Positions 11,244 to 24,453 of a DNA stretch of 64,000 bases are shown here, one piece after another. The position numbers and the translations under genes are program-made. The notes under the pieces were generated by a model, which was given only the letters and a program-made list of their open reading frames with translations, did not search any database and was not told the origin of the DNA. The stretch is taken from NCBI RefSeq assembly GCF_006345805.1, contig NC_043005.1, positions 27,032,001-27,096,000 on the forward strand. Direction: 5' to 3'. Origin of the DNA: Octopus sinensis. Taxonomy: Eukaryota. Every line of letters starts with the position of its first letter. The first letter of the stretch is position 1.

Positions 11244-11805
11244 TTGTGTTTGTCACCCCACCATCACTTGACAACCAACGTTGGTGTGTTTACATCCCCA
11301 TAACTTAGCAATTCTGCAAAAGAGGCCGATAGAATAAGTACTTGGCTTACAAAGAATAAGTCCTGGGGTTGATTCATTCGACTAAAGGTGGTGCTCCAGC
11401 ATGGTCACAGTCAAATGACTGAAACAAGTAAAAGAATAAAAGAATGTGTGTGTGTGTAAATATATGTGTAGGTATGTATATGTGTGTACATGCATATATA
11501 TATATATATATATGAAAAAACAAGTCAAGATAGAAAATGCAAAAATAATTTTATAAAGAACATTTCAGAACCAGTTTCGGTCATTTTGAGACCTTTTCAA
11601 CTGTAACGATTAAATAATTAAACTTAGAAAAATCAAAAGAAAAGTTTTGTTAAAAGAATATTTGTATAGTGTTCAAATATAAGTGGCATTTTCCTTGTTT
11701 CTGCCTTTCTCTGTCTCTCTTGTTTGCACTTGTGTGTTCGAGGTCGTTCCTGTCGTTGCTTCCTAACAACATGGCTCCAGGTTCAGTCCCATCATGTATA
11801 TATAT

Positions 11806-11849
<44 letters not shown>

Positions 11850-11871
11850 GTATGTCTGTATGAAAATATGT

Positions 11872-12225
11872 ATCGTTACCAGCATCGCCTTACTGGCACT
11901 TGTGCTGGTGGCACGTGAACAAATATTCGAGTGTGGTTGTTGCCAGTACCGCTGGACTGGCTCCTGTGCAGGTGGCACGTAAAAAAGCACCATTTGAGCG
12001 TGGCCATTGCCACTACTGCCTGACTGGCCCTTATGCAGGTGGCACATAAAAGCACCCACTACACTCTCGGAGTCGTTGGCATTAGGAAGGGCATCCAACT
12101 GTAGAAACTCTGCCAGATCAAGATTGGAGCCTGGTGCAGCCATCTGGTTCGCCAGTCCTCAGTCAAATCGTCCAACCCATGCTAGCATGGAAAGCGCACG
12201 TTGAACGATGATGATGATAATGATA
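11872..12225 (+). mobile_element. 5'-truncated RTE LINE 3' UTR with (GAT)n tail
   Basis: Same organisation as the UTR downstream of the RT ORF at 35055-35650. Further copies at about 345-503(-), 9894-10016(-), 17067-17325(-), 23645-23885(-), 30890-31212(-), 36249-36722(-), 38718-39265(-), 45326-45545(+), 47858-48078(-), 49410-49582(+), 50354-50612(-). Confidence 0.8.
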
Positions 12226-12784
12226 TATAATTTACACACATAGATATGTTTTATATATGCATGTATATATATATATATCTTGGTGTGTATGTATATATAT
12301 ATATACATAATTTACACACTTAGATATGATTTATATATATAGTTGAATAGTAGATAAAGTTCTTGGTACAGTATAATATATTTGAAAAAATGAGTAGAGA
12401 TCTCTCTTCATTTTTTCAAATATATATATGTATGTATGCATGTATATATATATTATACACACACACACTCACACATGCTATACATGTGATGGTTTTTGAG
12501 TGTGTGTGTGTGTGTAGTGTGTGTTAGTCTTGGTAGTATGTGTTTAACTGTAGGCTGCTGTTCATATTTGCGTGTGTGTTTGAGTGCAAGATGTCCCTCT
12601 TCCTGCCACCCCTTCCTCCCTCCTCGATCCCTTAGCTTTCCGTGAATCAGCTGATCGCTGGGAACTGATAAACCAACAGAATGTTGCTTCCACTACAACA
12701 CTCTTCAACTGTTAACAAGTGTGTGTCCGTAAGTGTGTGGGTGTGTTTGTGTGGTAGCTCGGTGGTGGTGGTGGTGGTGGTGGT

Positions 12785-12990
12785 ATTAACCCCCTAGTCT
12801 AGTCCTGGCAGTGCTCACTTCTATATGATCATGGGCATTGCATCCATGACCATCCTGCCTTTTTGCCTGTGTACAGTGAACCACAGTGCACTATGTATCA
12901 AATGAGTCCTTTTCTATGACAGGAGAACATGATTCGAGGGAATTTAACTGCTGTTTCTAGCGAGTTCCATGACCACATAGAGGCTCCCTT
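12785..12990. repeat. Unclassified interspersed repeat (CATTCCAGCCATGACCATC...GATTTGGCTGCTATTTCTAGCAG...ACCACATAGAGG)
   Basis: Diverged copies at about 4100-4320, 14320-14545, 19430-19940, 26400-26520, 42100-42720, and tandem about 165-bp units at 59330-59730. Confidence 0.55.
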
Positions 12991-13306
12991 GTTGGCTTGT
13001 TTGTAGGCTATTTAGCAATGTGTGAACAGATGTGACAACTGTGATGGCCACAGTGGTTGTGTTGATGGTAGTTATGATGATGATGATGACGATGACAGCA
13101 ACGATGATGATGATAATGATGACAACAATGATGGTCTTAATAATGATGACAACAATTATCATGATGATGATGATGGTCATGGATAGTTGCTGGTGATGGT
13201 GATGGTGAATGTTTGTGTTGACTCAACACCTACACACACCACACGGTTAGACTGTTTATGTATGTACATATGTAGCTGCACACACATACATTCATATTCA
13301 ACCATG

Positions 13307-14190
13307 CACACACACACACACACATACACAGCACACACATCCTCAGCCATGCATGCATGCACACCTTTATATACGCATTCACAGCCACATATACATAGCA
13401 ACACAGGCACAGGTACATAACTTATTTACAGTCTCACTCATTTACACACACACACAAACACACACACTACAGGTACATTTGCATTCAGTCACATAAATAC
13501 ACACACACAGGTACACAGACACACACAACTACACGCACACAGGTACACAGACACTTATACACACACACACTACGTATACATTCAGTCACACAACTACACA
13601 CACACAGGTACACACACACACACACACACACATACACAGCACACACATCCTCAGCCATGCATGCATGCACACCTTTATATACGCATTCACAGCCACATAT
13701 ACATAGCAACACAGGCACAGGTACATAACTTATTTACAGTCTCACTCATTTACACACACACACAAACACACACACTACAGGTACATTTGCATTCAGTCAC
13801 ATAAATACACACACACAGGTACACAGACACACACAACTACACGCACACAGGTACACAGACACTTATACACACACACACTACGTATACATTCAGTCACACA
13901 ACTACACACACACAGGTACACACACCACACACACACACACTACAGGTACATATGCATTCAGTCACATAAATACACACACACAGGTACACAGACACTCATA
14001 CACACACACACACTACATATACATTCAGTCACACAACTACACACACACAGGTACACAGACACACACACACAGGTACATATGCATTCAGTCACATAAATAC
14101 ACACACACACAGGTACACAGACACACACACACACACACTACATATACATTCAGTCACACACACATACAACTGCATTTACATAAATACACA
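13307..14190. repeat. CA-rich compound minisatellite including a 308-bp tandem duplication
   Basis: ORFs 13177-13410 and 13485-13718 share their N-terminal translation at an offset of 308 bp. Sub-units CAGGTACA and CATTCAGTCACA recur. Confidence 0.85.
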
Positions 14191-14565
14191 CGCCTTAAAG
14201 AATGCAAGACATACAACTTGTTACATTACCAATTATTGAAAAAGTCCTGTGACTGGCACATGATCTTGGCCAAGTGTGGTGGTGTGGTGGTGGTGTATAG
14301 GGTTATAAGGATTTTGCTGTTTAGCCCTAGGTAAGCCCCAATCAAACAGACCTACGATCACGAGCATTCCATCTGCAGCCATCTCATTTTTTTCCCCCTT
14401 ATTTCTGTATAGGGGGAAAAAAAACGTCATACAGCCATATCACATGGGCCATTTTGTAAGATGGTGGATGCAATTTGAAGGAGAACTGGCTGCTATTTCT
14501 TGCAGATTATGTAACCATACAGAGGTTCACTAAGCTTGGTGTAGCGATGTTGAGGGTGGTGGTGG

Positions 14566-14596
<31 letters not shown>

Positions 14597-15789
14597 GGTG
14601 GTGGTGGTAGTGGTGGTGGTGGTGGTGGTGGCAGCAGTGGTAATTGTGTTGAAGTTGTCAGCAGTGAGGGTGGTGGTTTTGGTGCTGTTAATGGTTTTGC
14701 TGGTGTTGGAGTTGACGGATAATGGAGGGTGGGGGGAAGGGGTCGTCATTGTATCGGTGGAAGCAGTGTTGCAGTTGTGGTGTTGGTGATATTGGAGTAG
14801 GACATTGTGCCAGTGGTGGAATGATGCCATAAGTGGTTTTGGTGATGGTGGTGGTGGTGGTGGTAGTGGTAGTGGTAGTGGCTATAAGTGTACTGGTGGT
14901 GGTAATAGTAAGCTGTGTTGATATATGTGTTGGTGGTGGTGCAGTTATGGTTTGTGTGGAAGTGGCTGTGATGGTGAGGGTTGCAATAATGGTTATAATG
15001 CCATCCTTTCAAAATAGTTCTATTGTTGCATCTACCATTATGTTGCATGGAGGGTTTAGTACAAGGCTGTTGTTCTGTAAAAGCTTATGTATGTGTGAAT
15101 GTGAGGGTAGAGGGAGAAGTGATATGTTGAGAAGGAGGTGTTGTGGGTATTGGGTGGGTGGGTGTGGAAGGAATAGGAGGTGTGGGTTCTTTCAAAATTT
15201 AAAATAAAATCAGTGAAGTATGGTGGAATTCTTTCAGAACAACTACTGTCTGGCTGGTTCCCTTTTCTTAGTTACCTGTGAATCATCCCTACAGCAGCAA
15301 CAACAACAATAATTATTTCAAATTTTTGCCACAAGGGCAACTTGTAGGAGGTAGGGATGAGTTGATTATATCAACCCCAGTACTCAACTGGTATTTGGCT
15401 GACCGGTAACGATTTTTTTCTGCAATATATGGATAGTTTATCCTGTTCATGCTATTGTAATAACATTAGTATGTGTTTGAAAATAAATTATTTCTCTATC
15501 TTTAAAATGCAATGTTCTAATACAAGGACAGCTACCTAGAGCCAGTTGAGGGACCACGCAAATCCAAAATTACTCTGACTACCAAGGGCAGGTGCCTCTT
15601 TCCGGGCTGTTTCTTCAGCTTGAAGGTGCAATGCTGAGAGTAGACTTATTCCTGAGGGTCATTCTCACCACTGTCTGTCTTTTAGAAAATTTTTTGTAAG
15701 GAAAACTGCTTACCCTTCACAGCTAGAGGAAATTGGTCTCACCTAATAGCTACATCCATATGGCATGTGGCAACAACTGTTTGACATTA

Positions 15790-15900
15790 CTCCTCAAGTC
15801 ATCAATGCTCGAACACTAAATAAAAATGCTGTTGAAATAACTTCATTATCCTCCAAGAAGTCTGACTAATAGCAGTATTGTGTCTGTAGAGTTTATTTCA
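15790..15900 (+). pseudogene. Possible highly decayed LINE AP-endonuclease N-terminus
   Basis: VINARTL followed about 70 nt later by VLCL*E resembles the APE motifs xNxRTL and xLQE. The frame is disrupted. Confidence 0.25.
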
Positions 15901-17364
15901 AATCATTAATGCTTCCACCCACCCTTGTAGCACTGACAGGTCAAGGATTCCTAGATGCTATCCATGGTTCCTAAGATGAAAGTTCTCTGAAATGAATGGT
16001 TAAGTCAATCTTCAGCAATCCTTAGAGTCTCCCCAATAAGGTGGTCGTTGATGCCCACCAATAATTTTCTGCAAAAGACAGGCTGATCTCCTTACAATTA
16101 CATTGCCATCTGGCCTTAGAAAATCTGCCACAGTGAATTCCATCTGACTCATGCAAGCATGGAAAAGTACACATCAAAACAATGACGATGATCATCATCA
16201 TGATATATGTATTTATTAATTTATATATGTAGTTATATATATAAGCTATCAAACTTTAATTGATGGATCACTCTCTATATCTAATCCTTTCGATACCAGC
16301 CTGCTTGAGACTACCTGTGGTTCTTTGGTACAAACTTCTTATTTTAAAATGGTCTCAATTAAAACATTCCATTAAAATTTCATTTTAATTTATGTACCAA
16401 ACACCAGCTTATAAATTGCAAGGATTTTTTACAAAATTCTTCATAATTTTCAAAATTAAAACAGAGATAGAGAATCTCTGTAGAAATGTGGTATCAAGAG
16501 GACTGAAGTAGACTATATCACATTTAATTTTGCAAAGGAAAGGTTGATAGTGACTTCAAAGAATCACCAGTTGTTAGCTCCATCAGATTGTCTGGCAAAG
16601 CCAACAACAATCTGTGAAACTTTGAGGTCACAGTCAACCTTTTGCTTGTAAAATATACATATCTCTTTTATCATTTACTTGCATCAGTTACTGGACTGTA
16701 GCCATTTTAGGACACCAAGTTAAAGGGTTTAGTCAAACAAATTGTTATTTTTTTTTTAAGCCTGATGTTTATTCTATCAAATCCATTTGCTGAATCACTA
16801 AGTTACAAAGATGTAAGCAAACCAGCATCATTTGTTAAGGAGTGGTGATAGACAAATGTACAAACACACACACACATGATTGGACTTCCGCACAATTTCC
16901 AGCTACCAAATTCACTCAAAAAGGCATTGGTCACCCCTGGTCTATTGTAGAAGACACATGCCCAAGTTGCCACACTGTAAAATTGAACCCGAAACTACAT
17001 GATCACAAAGCAGACTTCATAACCACACAGCCATGTCTACACCTAATATATCTATATACATACATATCATCATCATCATCATCATCGTCCGTTTTCTATA
17101 CTGGCATGGGTTGGAAGGTTTGACTGAGGTCTGGCAAGCCAGCGGCTGCACCAGACTCCGATCTGATCTGGCAATGTTTCTACAGCTGGATGCCCTTCCT
17201 AATGCCAACCACTCCAAGGCCAGTCAAGCTGTCTTGGCATTGATCATGTTTGGATGGTGCTTTTTATGTGTCACTGGCATGGGAGCCAGTCAGGGGCCAC
17301 TGGCATCACCCACGTTTAGATGATGCTTATATATATATATAATATGTGTGTGTGGTTGCGTGTG

Positions 17365-17399
<35 letters not shown>

Positions 17400-17827
17400 G
17401 TATCTAAGTTGACCTCAGCAGAATTTGAACTCAGAACATAGTGACAGGTGAAATACCACTAAGCATTTCATCCAGCATGCTAACGATTCTGCTAGCTTGC
17501 CACCTTAGCAATAATAATGATACCAGGTGAGGGGGGTACTGTTTGTCAAGTCCCTGTCTAAGATCCTCATTGTGACTTGACAAACAGTACAAACTCCTGG
17601 TAGATGCAATATCTTCAATCAACAACCTCATGATATTGTATACTCTGTGATACTCTTTTTTTTCTCTTTTTTTTTACTCTTTTACTTGTTTCAGTCATTT
17701 GCCTGCGGCCATGCTGGAGCAACGCCTTTAATCGGGCAACTTGACCCCGGGACTTATTCTTTTTGTAAGCCCAGTACTTATTCTATCGGTCTCTTTTGCC
17801 GAACACAGACACACAACACACACATGC

Positions 17828-17862
<35 letters not shown>

Positions 17863-18889
17863 ATATATACACGACAGGCTTCTTTCAGTTTCCGTCTACC
17901 AAATCCACTCACAGGGCTTTGGTCGGCCCGAGGCTATAGTAGAAGACACTTGCCCAAAGTGCCACGCAGTGGGACTGAACCCAGAACCATGTGGTTGGTA
18001 AACAAGCTACTTACCACACAGCCACTCTTGCGCCTATGTCTACAATAATGATAATAATAATAATAATAATAATGATGGTGATGATGATAATGATAACAGT
18101 AATAATAATAACCTAATTAAGGCGGTGAGCTGGCAGAAATGTTAGCACACCAGGCGAAATGCTTAACAGTATTTCATCTGTCTTTACATTCTGAGTACAA
18201 ATTCCACTAAGGTCGACTTTGCTTTTCATCCTTTTGGAGTCAATAAATTAAGTACCTGTTGCATACTGGGATCAATCTAATTGACTGGCCCCCTTCCCCA
18301 AAATTTGGGGCTTTGTGCCTAGAGTAGAAAAGAGTAACGACCTAATTATAAATTTATATTTACCTTTATATTCATTTATTCTAAAAGTAGAAATCTTTTA
18401 ATTACTTTTTAAATAAATTTTTTTTATTACCCTTCCCCTAATTCCCACCCCATCCTCAATCCACTCCAAGAGAGTTGTTAAGTTTTTTACAAGGGTTTCT
18501 TGAAAAAGGATCAGAAAATCTTTGTTTGAAATTCATAGCTTTTTATAACTCATATATTTTATTTGAACTGCTTTGTATACCATATATGAGGGTGGGATAT
18601 GGATTATCTTGCGGTGGCTGGGGGATGGTATGGTGTGGTTTTTGTTTGGAAATTGTGTGTTTGGGGGCATGTCAGTTGTGGTTATGATTGTGCTGTACAT
18701 TTGTGTATGGTAATGTAGAATGCACCATTTTTCTAGACTGATTGCATGTGAAAGATGATTGCATCCTTTCTAATAAGTTTCAACTTTGCCAGTATCATCG
18801 CTACCCACTAATACCCTCCTCTGCTCCATCAAACTGACGCACTGCATCAGTGCTGCAGGGATTCAGCGGTTAAGTAAAGTTGACAATGA

Positions 18890-19205
18890 TAGATTGATAA
18901 GTAAATAAACAGATAGATAGACAGACAGACATACAAATATAGAAAGATAGATAGATAGATAGACAGACCTAAATAGATAGGTAGACAGACATAGATAGAT
19001 AGGTAGATAGGTAGATAGATAGATAGATAGGTAGATAAATAGATAGATAGATAGACAGACAGACAGACCTAGATAGATAGGTAGACAGATATAAATAGAT
19101 AGATAGATAGATAGATAGACAGACAGGGATAGGTAGACAGATATAGATAAACAGATAGATACAGACAGACAGATAGATAGATAGATAGATAGATAGACAG
19201 ATAGG

Positions 19206-19241
<36 letters not shown>

Positions 19242-19270
19242 TGGATGATAGATAGACATGGATGGATGGA
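18890..19270. repeat. (GATA)n/(GACA)n tetranucleotide array
   Basis: Direct inspection. Similar arrays at 28730-29182 and 37440-37585. Confidence 0.95.
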
Positions 19271-20401
19271 TTGTTAATCTATATTTATATTCTGCTCACT
19301 AAATCACATAGGTCAGACTAATATAATCCAACAGTCTTATAGATTAGATTAATGTGACCCAACACAATCAAGGAGGTCAATTAGATCAGCATTTTGTCTG
19401 ATTCTGAGCTATTTCTACCATTCACTACCATTATTATTGATTCAGCAAACCAATGATCAAACGTGTTCTAACCATGACCACCCCCTTTCCTTTTTTTAGA
19501 GTTTGATTTAGCGGTTTGGCTAGTATTTCTAGCAACCATGTAGATCCTACTTTTTTGCATTATAATAACTAAATAATTGTTGTTGCAAATCCAATAATAT
19601 ATGATTGAGTGCATTCCAGCCATGACCATCCTGTCTTTTGTTTAGGCATAATGTATCTTGGGGTACATTATCCACTGTTATTTTCAGTTATGATACAACA
19701 TACTCCACACTATATAGTGTGCTTAGAAACACACTGTTGTCACCCTATGTCAGCTCTGATCAAATATACTCATGATTAAAAAGAATCCAACCATGACCAT
19801 CATGTTTTAATTTGTTTTTGTGTTCTAACTTTATATTATTCAATTTGTATTTTTATTTTATTTTTGGAGAAATATTATGAGTAAGACTTGTCTGTTATTT
19901 CTAGCAGATTGAGTGACTGTACAGAGGTTTCCTTGTAACCAGTCCATTACATGGTATTTAAGTAATAAGGGCCAACATAAATGCCCTTTTATCTCCTACA
20001 CAAGCTTAAACAGTGGTTGCGTGGTAAGAAGCTTGCTTCCCAACCACATGATTCCGGGTTCAGTCCCACTGTGTGTCACCTTTGGCAAGTGTCTTCTACT
20101 ATAGCCTTGGGCTGACCAAAACCTTGTGAGTGGATTTCGTTGATGGAAACTGAAAGAAGCCTGTCGTATGTGTGTGTGTGTTTGTCCCCCCACCCATCGC
20201 TTGTCAATTGGTGTTGGTTTGTTTACGTCCCCATAACTTAACAGTTCAGAAAAGCGACCAATAGAATAATACAATAAGTACCAAGCTTACAAGGAATAAG
20301 TCCTGGGGTTGATTTGCTCGACTAAAGGCAGTGCTCCAGCATGGCCACAATCAAATAACTGAAACAAATAAAAGAATAAAAGAATATATATATATGTATA
20401 T

Positions 20402-21808
20402 ATCATCATCATCATCATCGTTTAACGTCCGCTTTCCATGCTAGCATGGGTTGGACGGTTCAACTGGGGTCTGGGAAGCCCGAAGGCTGCACCAGGCCAG
20501 TCAGATGTGGCAGTGTTTCTACAGCTGGATGCCCTTCCTAACGCCAACCACTCCGAGAGTGTAGTGGGTGATTTTATGTGCCACCGACACAGGTGCCAGA
20601 CGAGGCTGGCAGACGGCCACGCTCGGATGGTGTTTTTTATGTGCCCCGACACAGGTGCCAGACGAGGCTGGCAGACGACCACGCTCGGATGGTGTTTTTT
20701 ATGTGCCACCGACACAGGTGCCAGAACGAGGCTGGCAGACGGCCACGCTCGGATGGGTTTTTTATGTGCCACCGACACAGGTGCCAGACGAGGCTGGCAG
20801 ACGGCCACGCTCGGATGGTTTTCTTATGTGTCACCGACACAGGTGCTAGACGAGGCTGGCGGACGGCCACGCTCGGATGGTGTTTGTTACGTGCCCTCAG
20901 CACGGAGGCCAGTCATTGCGGTACTGGCTACGGTCACGTTCGGATGGTTTTCTTATGTGCCACCGCACTGGTACCACAAGGATACAAATTCCATTGATGT
21001 TCATCTATTTTGATTTGGTTCGATTTGATTTGATACGATTCGATTCTCACTTGCCTCAACAGGTCTTCACAAGTGTCACAAGAAGGAAGGTATGCACAGG
21101 TGGACTGACTACGTCCCAGGTAGGGGCCACGGATTATGGCTTCACTAGTCTTGCCGGGTCTTCTCACGCACAGCATACTTCCATAGGTCTCGGTCTCTAG
21201 TCATTTCCATGGTGAGACCTAACGTCCGAAGGTCGTGCTTCACCACCTCGTCCAGGTTTTCCTGGGTCTACCTCTTCCACGGGTTCCCTCAACTGCTAGG
21301 GATTGGCACTTTCTCACACACCTCTCTTCATCCATTCTCGCCACATGACCATACCAGCGCAATCGTCTCTCTTGCACACAACAACTGGTGCTTCTTAGGT
21401 ACAACATTTCTCTCAAGGTACTAACGCTCTGTCGAGTAAGTACACTGACATTACACATCCATCGGAGCATACTGGCTTCGTTCCTCACGAGCTTACGCAT
21501 GTCCTCAGCTGTCACGGCCCATGTTTCTCTGCCATGTAGCATAGCTGTTCGTACACATGCATCATACAGTCTGCCTTTTACTCTGAGCGAGAGGCCTTTA
21601 GTCACCAGCAGAGGTAAGAGCTCCCTAAACTTTGCCCAGGCTATTCTTATTCTAGCAGTTACACTTTCAGCGCACCCACCCCCACTACTGACTTGGTCAC
21701 CTAGATAGCGGAAACTATCAACTACTTCTAGTTTTTCCCCCCGGAAAGTGACAGAAGTTGTTTTCTGCAGATTTTCGGAGGTCAGTGCTCCAGAGCACCT
21801 GCCACATA
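20402..21808 (-). mobile_element. 5'-truncated RTE-clade LINE (RT C-terminus, 3' UTR with tandem repeats, (GAT)n tail)
   Basis: Minus-strand ORF FVCGRC...EKLEVVDSFRYLGDQVSSGGGC...RIRIAWAKFRELLPLL...KGRLYDACVRTAMLHG.ETW...MLRWMC...RRLRWYGHVARM...RGRPRKTW carries canonical RTE RT/thumb motifs. Frameshift near 21250. Confidence 0.92.
20570..20965. repeat. About 62-bp tandem repeat (about 6 units) inside the RTE 3' UTR
   Basis: Unit TTTTATGTGCCACCGACACAGGTGCCAGACGAGGCTGGCAGACGGCCACGCTCGGATGGTGT. Confidence 0.9.
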
Positions 21809-21861
21809 CAAAACTATATCTATATATAAATCTATATATGTGTGTGTGTATATATATATGG

Positions 21862-21906
<45 letters not shown>

Positions 21907-21932
21907 CATGGGTTGGGCAGTAAGAAAGGCGT

Positions 21933-21976
21933 TTCCATGCCGGAAATCGAACCCAGGTCGCCTGAGTGAAAGCCTG
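21933..21976 (-). pseudogene. 3' half of a tRNA-Glu(TTC)-like sequence
   Basis: The minus strand reads CAGGCT-TTC-ACTCAGGCGACCTGGGTTCGATTTCCGGCATGGAA, matching the anticodon arm, T-arm and acceptor end of metazoan tRNA-Glu. The 5' half is absent. Confidence 0.6.
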
Positions 21977-22149
21977 CAAGCATGGAAAACGGACGTTAAA
22001 CGATGATGATGATGATATGTATATATAAGCATATATATATATATATATGTGCATATATATACATATATATATAGATATGTATATATACATATAAACATAC
22101 ATATATATGTTTGTATACATATATTTATATACATATTAATATACATACA

Positions 22150-22181
<32 letters not shown>

Positions 22182-22502
22182 ATATTTTCAACATTCCATG
22201 CATGTACCAATTATTGTTCTGTCCTCAACACCCACCCACCTACCCCCACCCACCCTCCAATCTGTTATGATATTCCTTGTTATTCTCTCATTCATCATTA
22301 AAATATCGTCATGAATGAGGTCTTCGTTTTTGTCTCTTTATTCTTCAGAAATACACAAAAAAGCCAAAATTATTCCATCATACAACAAAACCTTCATGTT
22401 TTATCATCATTATTATCTCTTTTATTGCGCGTTTTAGTTTCCAATTTTTCTTCTTTTTTTCTATCATTTTGGTTCTGGCTTTCTTCTTTGTTTTGTTTTT
22501 GT

Positions 22503-22538
<36 letters not shown>

Positions 22539-22859
22539 TCTCTTTCAAAATATCAAAAGGTATGGCTGATTATTAAAAATCTCTTGATTTGGCAAACACA
22601 GAAAGTCAATTTCATTATTCATGTATTTATTTATTTATTTACTAAAAGTCAGATGAATAACTAACTAGCCTCCCTCTGCCTGCCTCCTTCCCTCCCATTA
22701 TATTACTGGTACTCTTACTTGTTTTGTTAAAACTTCGAATTAGAAAAGAGAAATCGACCCAGGCTGGATATGAACCGAGAATGCAGCAGCAGCAGCAGGA
22801 CTAAACACCATAGGTACTGCTTCAATTACCCTTCCACATTGCAGGTACATTTGTTCGCG

Positions 22860-23120
22860 TCATCATCGTCATCACTACTACCACCGCCACCACAATCATC
22901 ATCACCACCACTATCTTCATCATCAGCACAACCACCATCACCACCACCATTATCATTATCATCATCACCACCACCATCATCATCATCGTCACTACCATCA
23001 TCATCATCATATTCATCACCACCACCATCATCATTGTCATCATCACCACCACCATTATCATCATCATTGTCACCATCATCATCATCATCATCACCACCAT
23101 CATCATCATCATCATCATCA
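22860..23120. repeat. (CAT/CAC)n trinucleotide array
   Basis: Direct inspection. Similar arrays at 14550-14960, 25814-26017, 29940-30200 and 30500-30660. Confidence 0.95.
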
Positions 23121-23280
23121 TTCATAACTTTGGCATTTCCATGGTTGTGTGGTTTGGACAGGTTGGCACCATGGTTCTCCGTCTCAGAGAACATTAGCTT
23201 GCTGAATTAATAGGCAACTGAATTTCTTTCAATCAACACATTGCCGGTTCAACTTTTGTCACTGCCTTTTCATTGTGTAT

Positions 23281-23460
23281 GGAAAGTGCATGGTTTAGTG
23301 GTTAGGGTGTTGGACTCATGATCATAAGATTGTGGTTTCGATTCCTGGTCTGGGTGATGCATTGTGTCCATGAGCAAAACCCTTCATTTCACATTGCCCC
23401 TGTTCACTCAGCTAGCAGAAAAGAGCAACCCTGCGAGGGACTGGCATCCCATCCAGGTGA
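23281..23460 (+). mobile_element. tRNA-derived SINE, family C
   Basis: A box TGGTTTAGTGG and B-box-like GGTTTCGATTCC, followed by TTGTGTCCATGAGCAAAAC and AACCCTGCGAGGGACTGGCATCCCATCCAGG, typical of SINE body motifs. Confidence 0.6.
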
Positions 23461-24419
23461 GTTAATATATATGCAGTGAAACCAAGAAACCAGCCCTTAT
23501 TAGTCAGCATCACTTGAGAAGGTAACTTTACCATTTTTTGGCCATGGTTTGCTGCCAGTCTCTCAATCATGTGTTATTTCATCCGTGAAGCTCAGCATCT
23601 GCCTCAACAAATTCCATCTAATCCATGAAAGCATTAAAGAGTCATCGTTATCATCATCATCATCATTTAATGTCCGTTGTCCATACTGGCATGGGTTGTA
23701 CAGTTTGACTGGGTTGGCACACTGGAAGGCTGTGCCAAACTCTAGTCGATTTTGCATAGTTTTCTACAGCTGGATGCCCTCCCTAATGCCAACCACCCGG
23801 AGAGTGTAATGGGTGCTTTTACATGTCACCGGTATGGGTGCCATTTGAGTGACACTGGGGTGCTTTTATGTGCCACCAGCACAAATTGTATCAAATTAAT
23901 GAGATAACATGGAGGTGCAAGTTGCCAAATACGAAAACTGGCATATCCATCCATCCATGCCTCCTTCGATCCATTCATCTTCTCTACCCAAAGTCCAAGC
24001 AGGAGCAACCCTTGTTAGCCTTTCTGCCTGGATTCTCCAGCATGACCAACTGAAACTATAGATATTATTTATATTGTGGGCATATTTATGCTGGGTCACC
24101 TTGAGGAATTCTATCATCCATTTTTTTGTCGAACTGCAAGGTGACAGGGACATAGACACACAAACACACACATGCACATACACGCATATGCACACACACA
24201 CACACACACAATGAACTTCTTTTAGTTTCCATCTACCAAATCTACTCAGAAGGCTTTGGTCGGCCCAAGGCTATAGTAGAAGACATTTGCCCAAGGTGCT
24301 ATGCACATGGACTGAACCTGGCTTCATGCGGTTGCGAAACATTTGTATGTGGCAGCCTGAACCATTTATTTATTTATTAGACAGGGAAGAGAACAGATTT
24401 GTTTTGATCCACATAAGAC

Positions 24420-24453
<34 letters not shown>

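Noticed and set aside
20422-21200. Overlapping 88-191 aa ORFs with repeated peptides
   Set aside because: They arise from the GC-rich 62-bp tandem repeat in the RTE 3' UTR. The unit is not a multiple of three and shows no codon signal.
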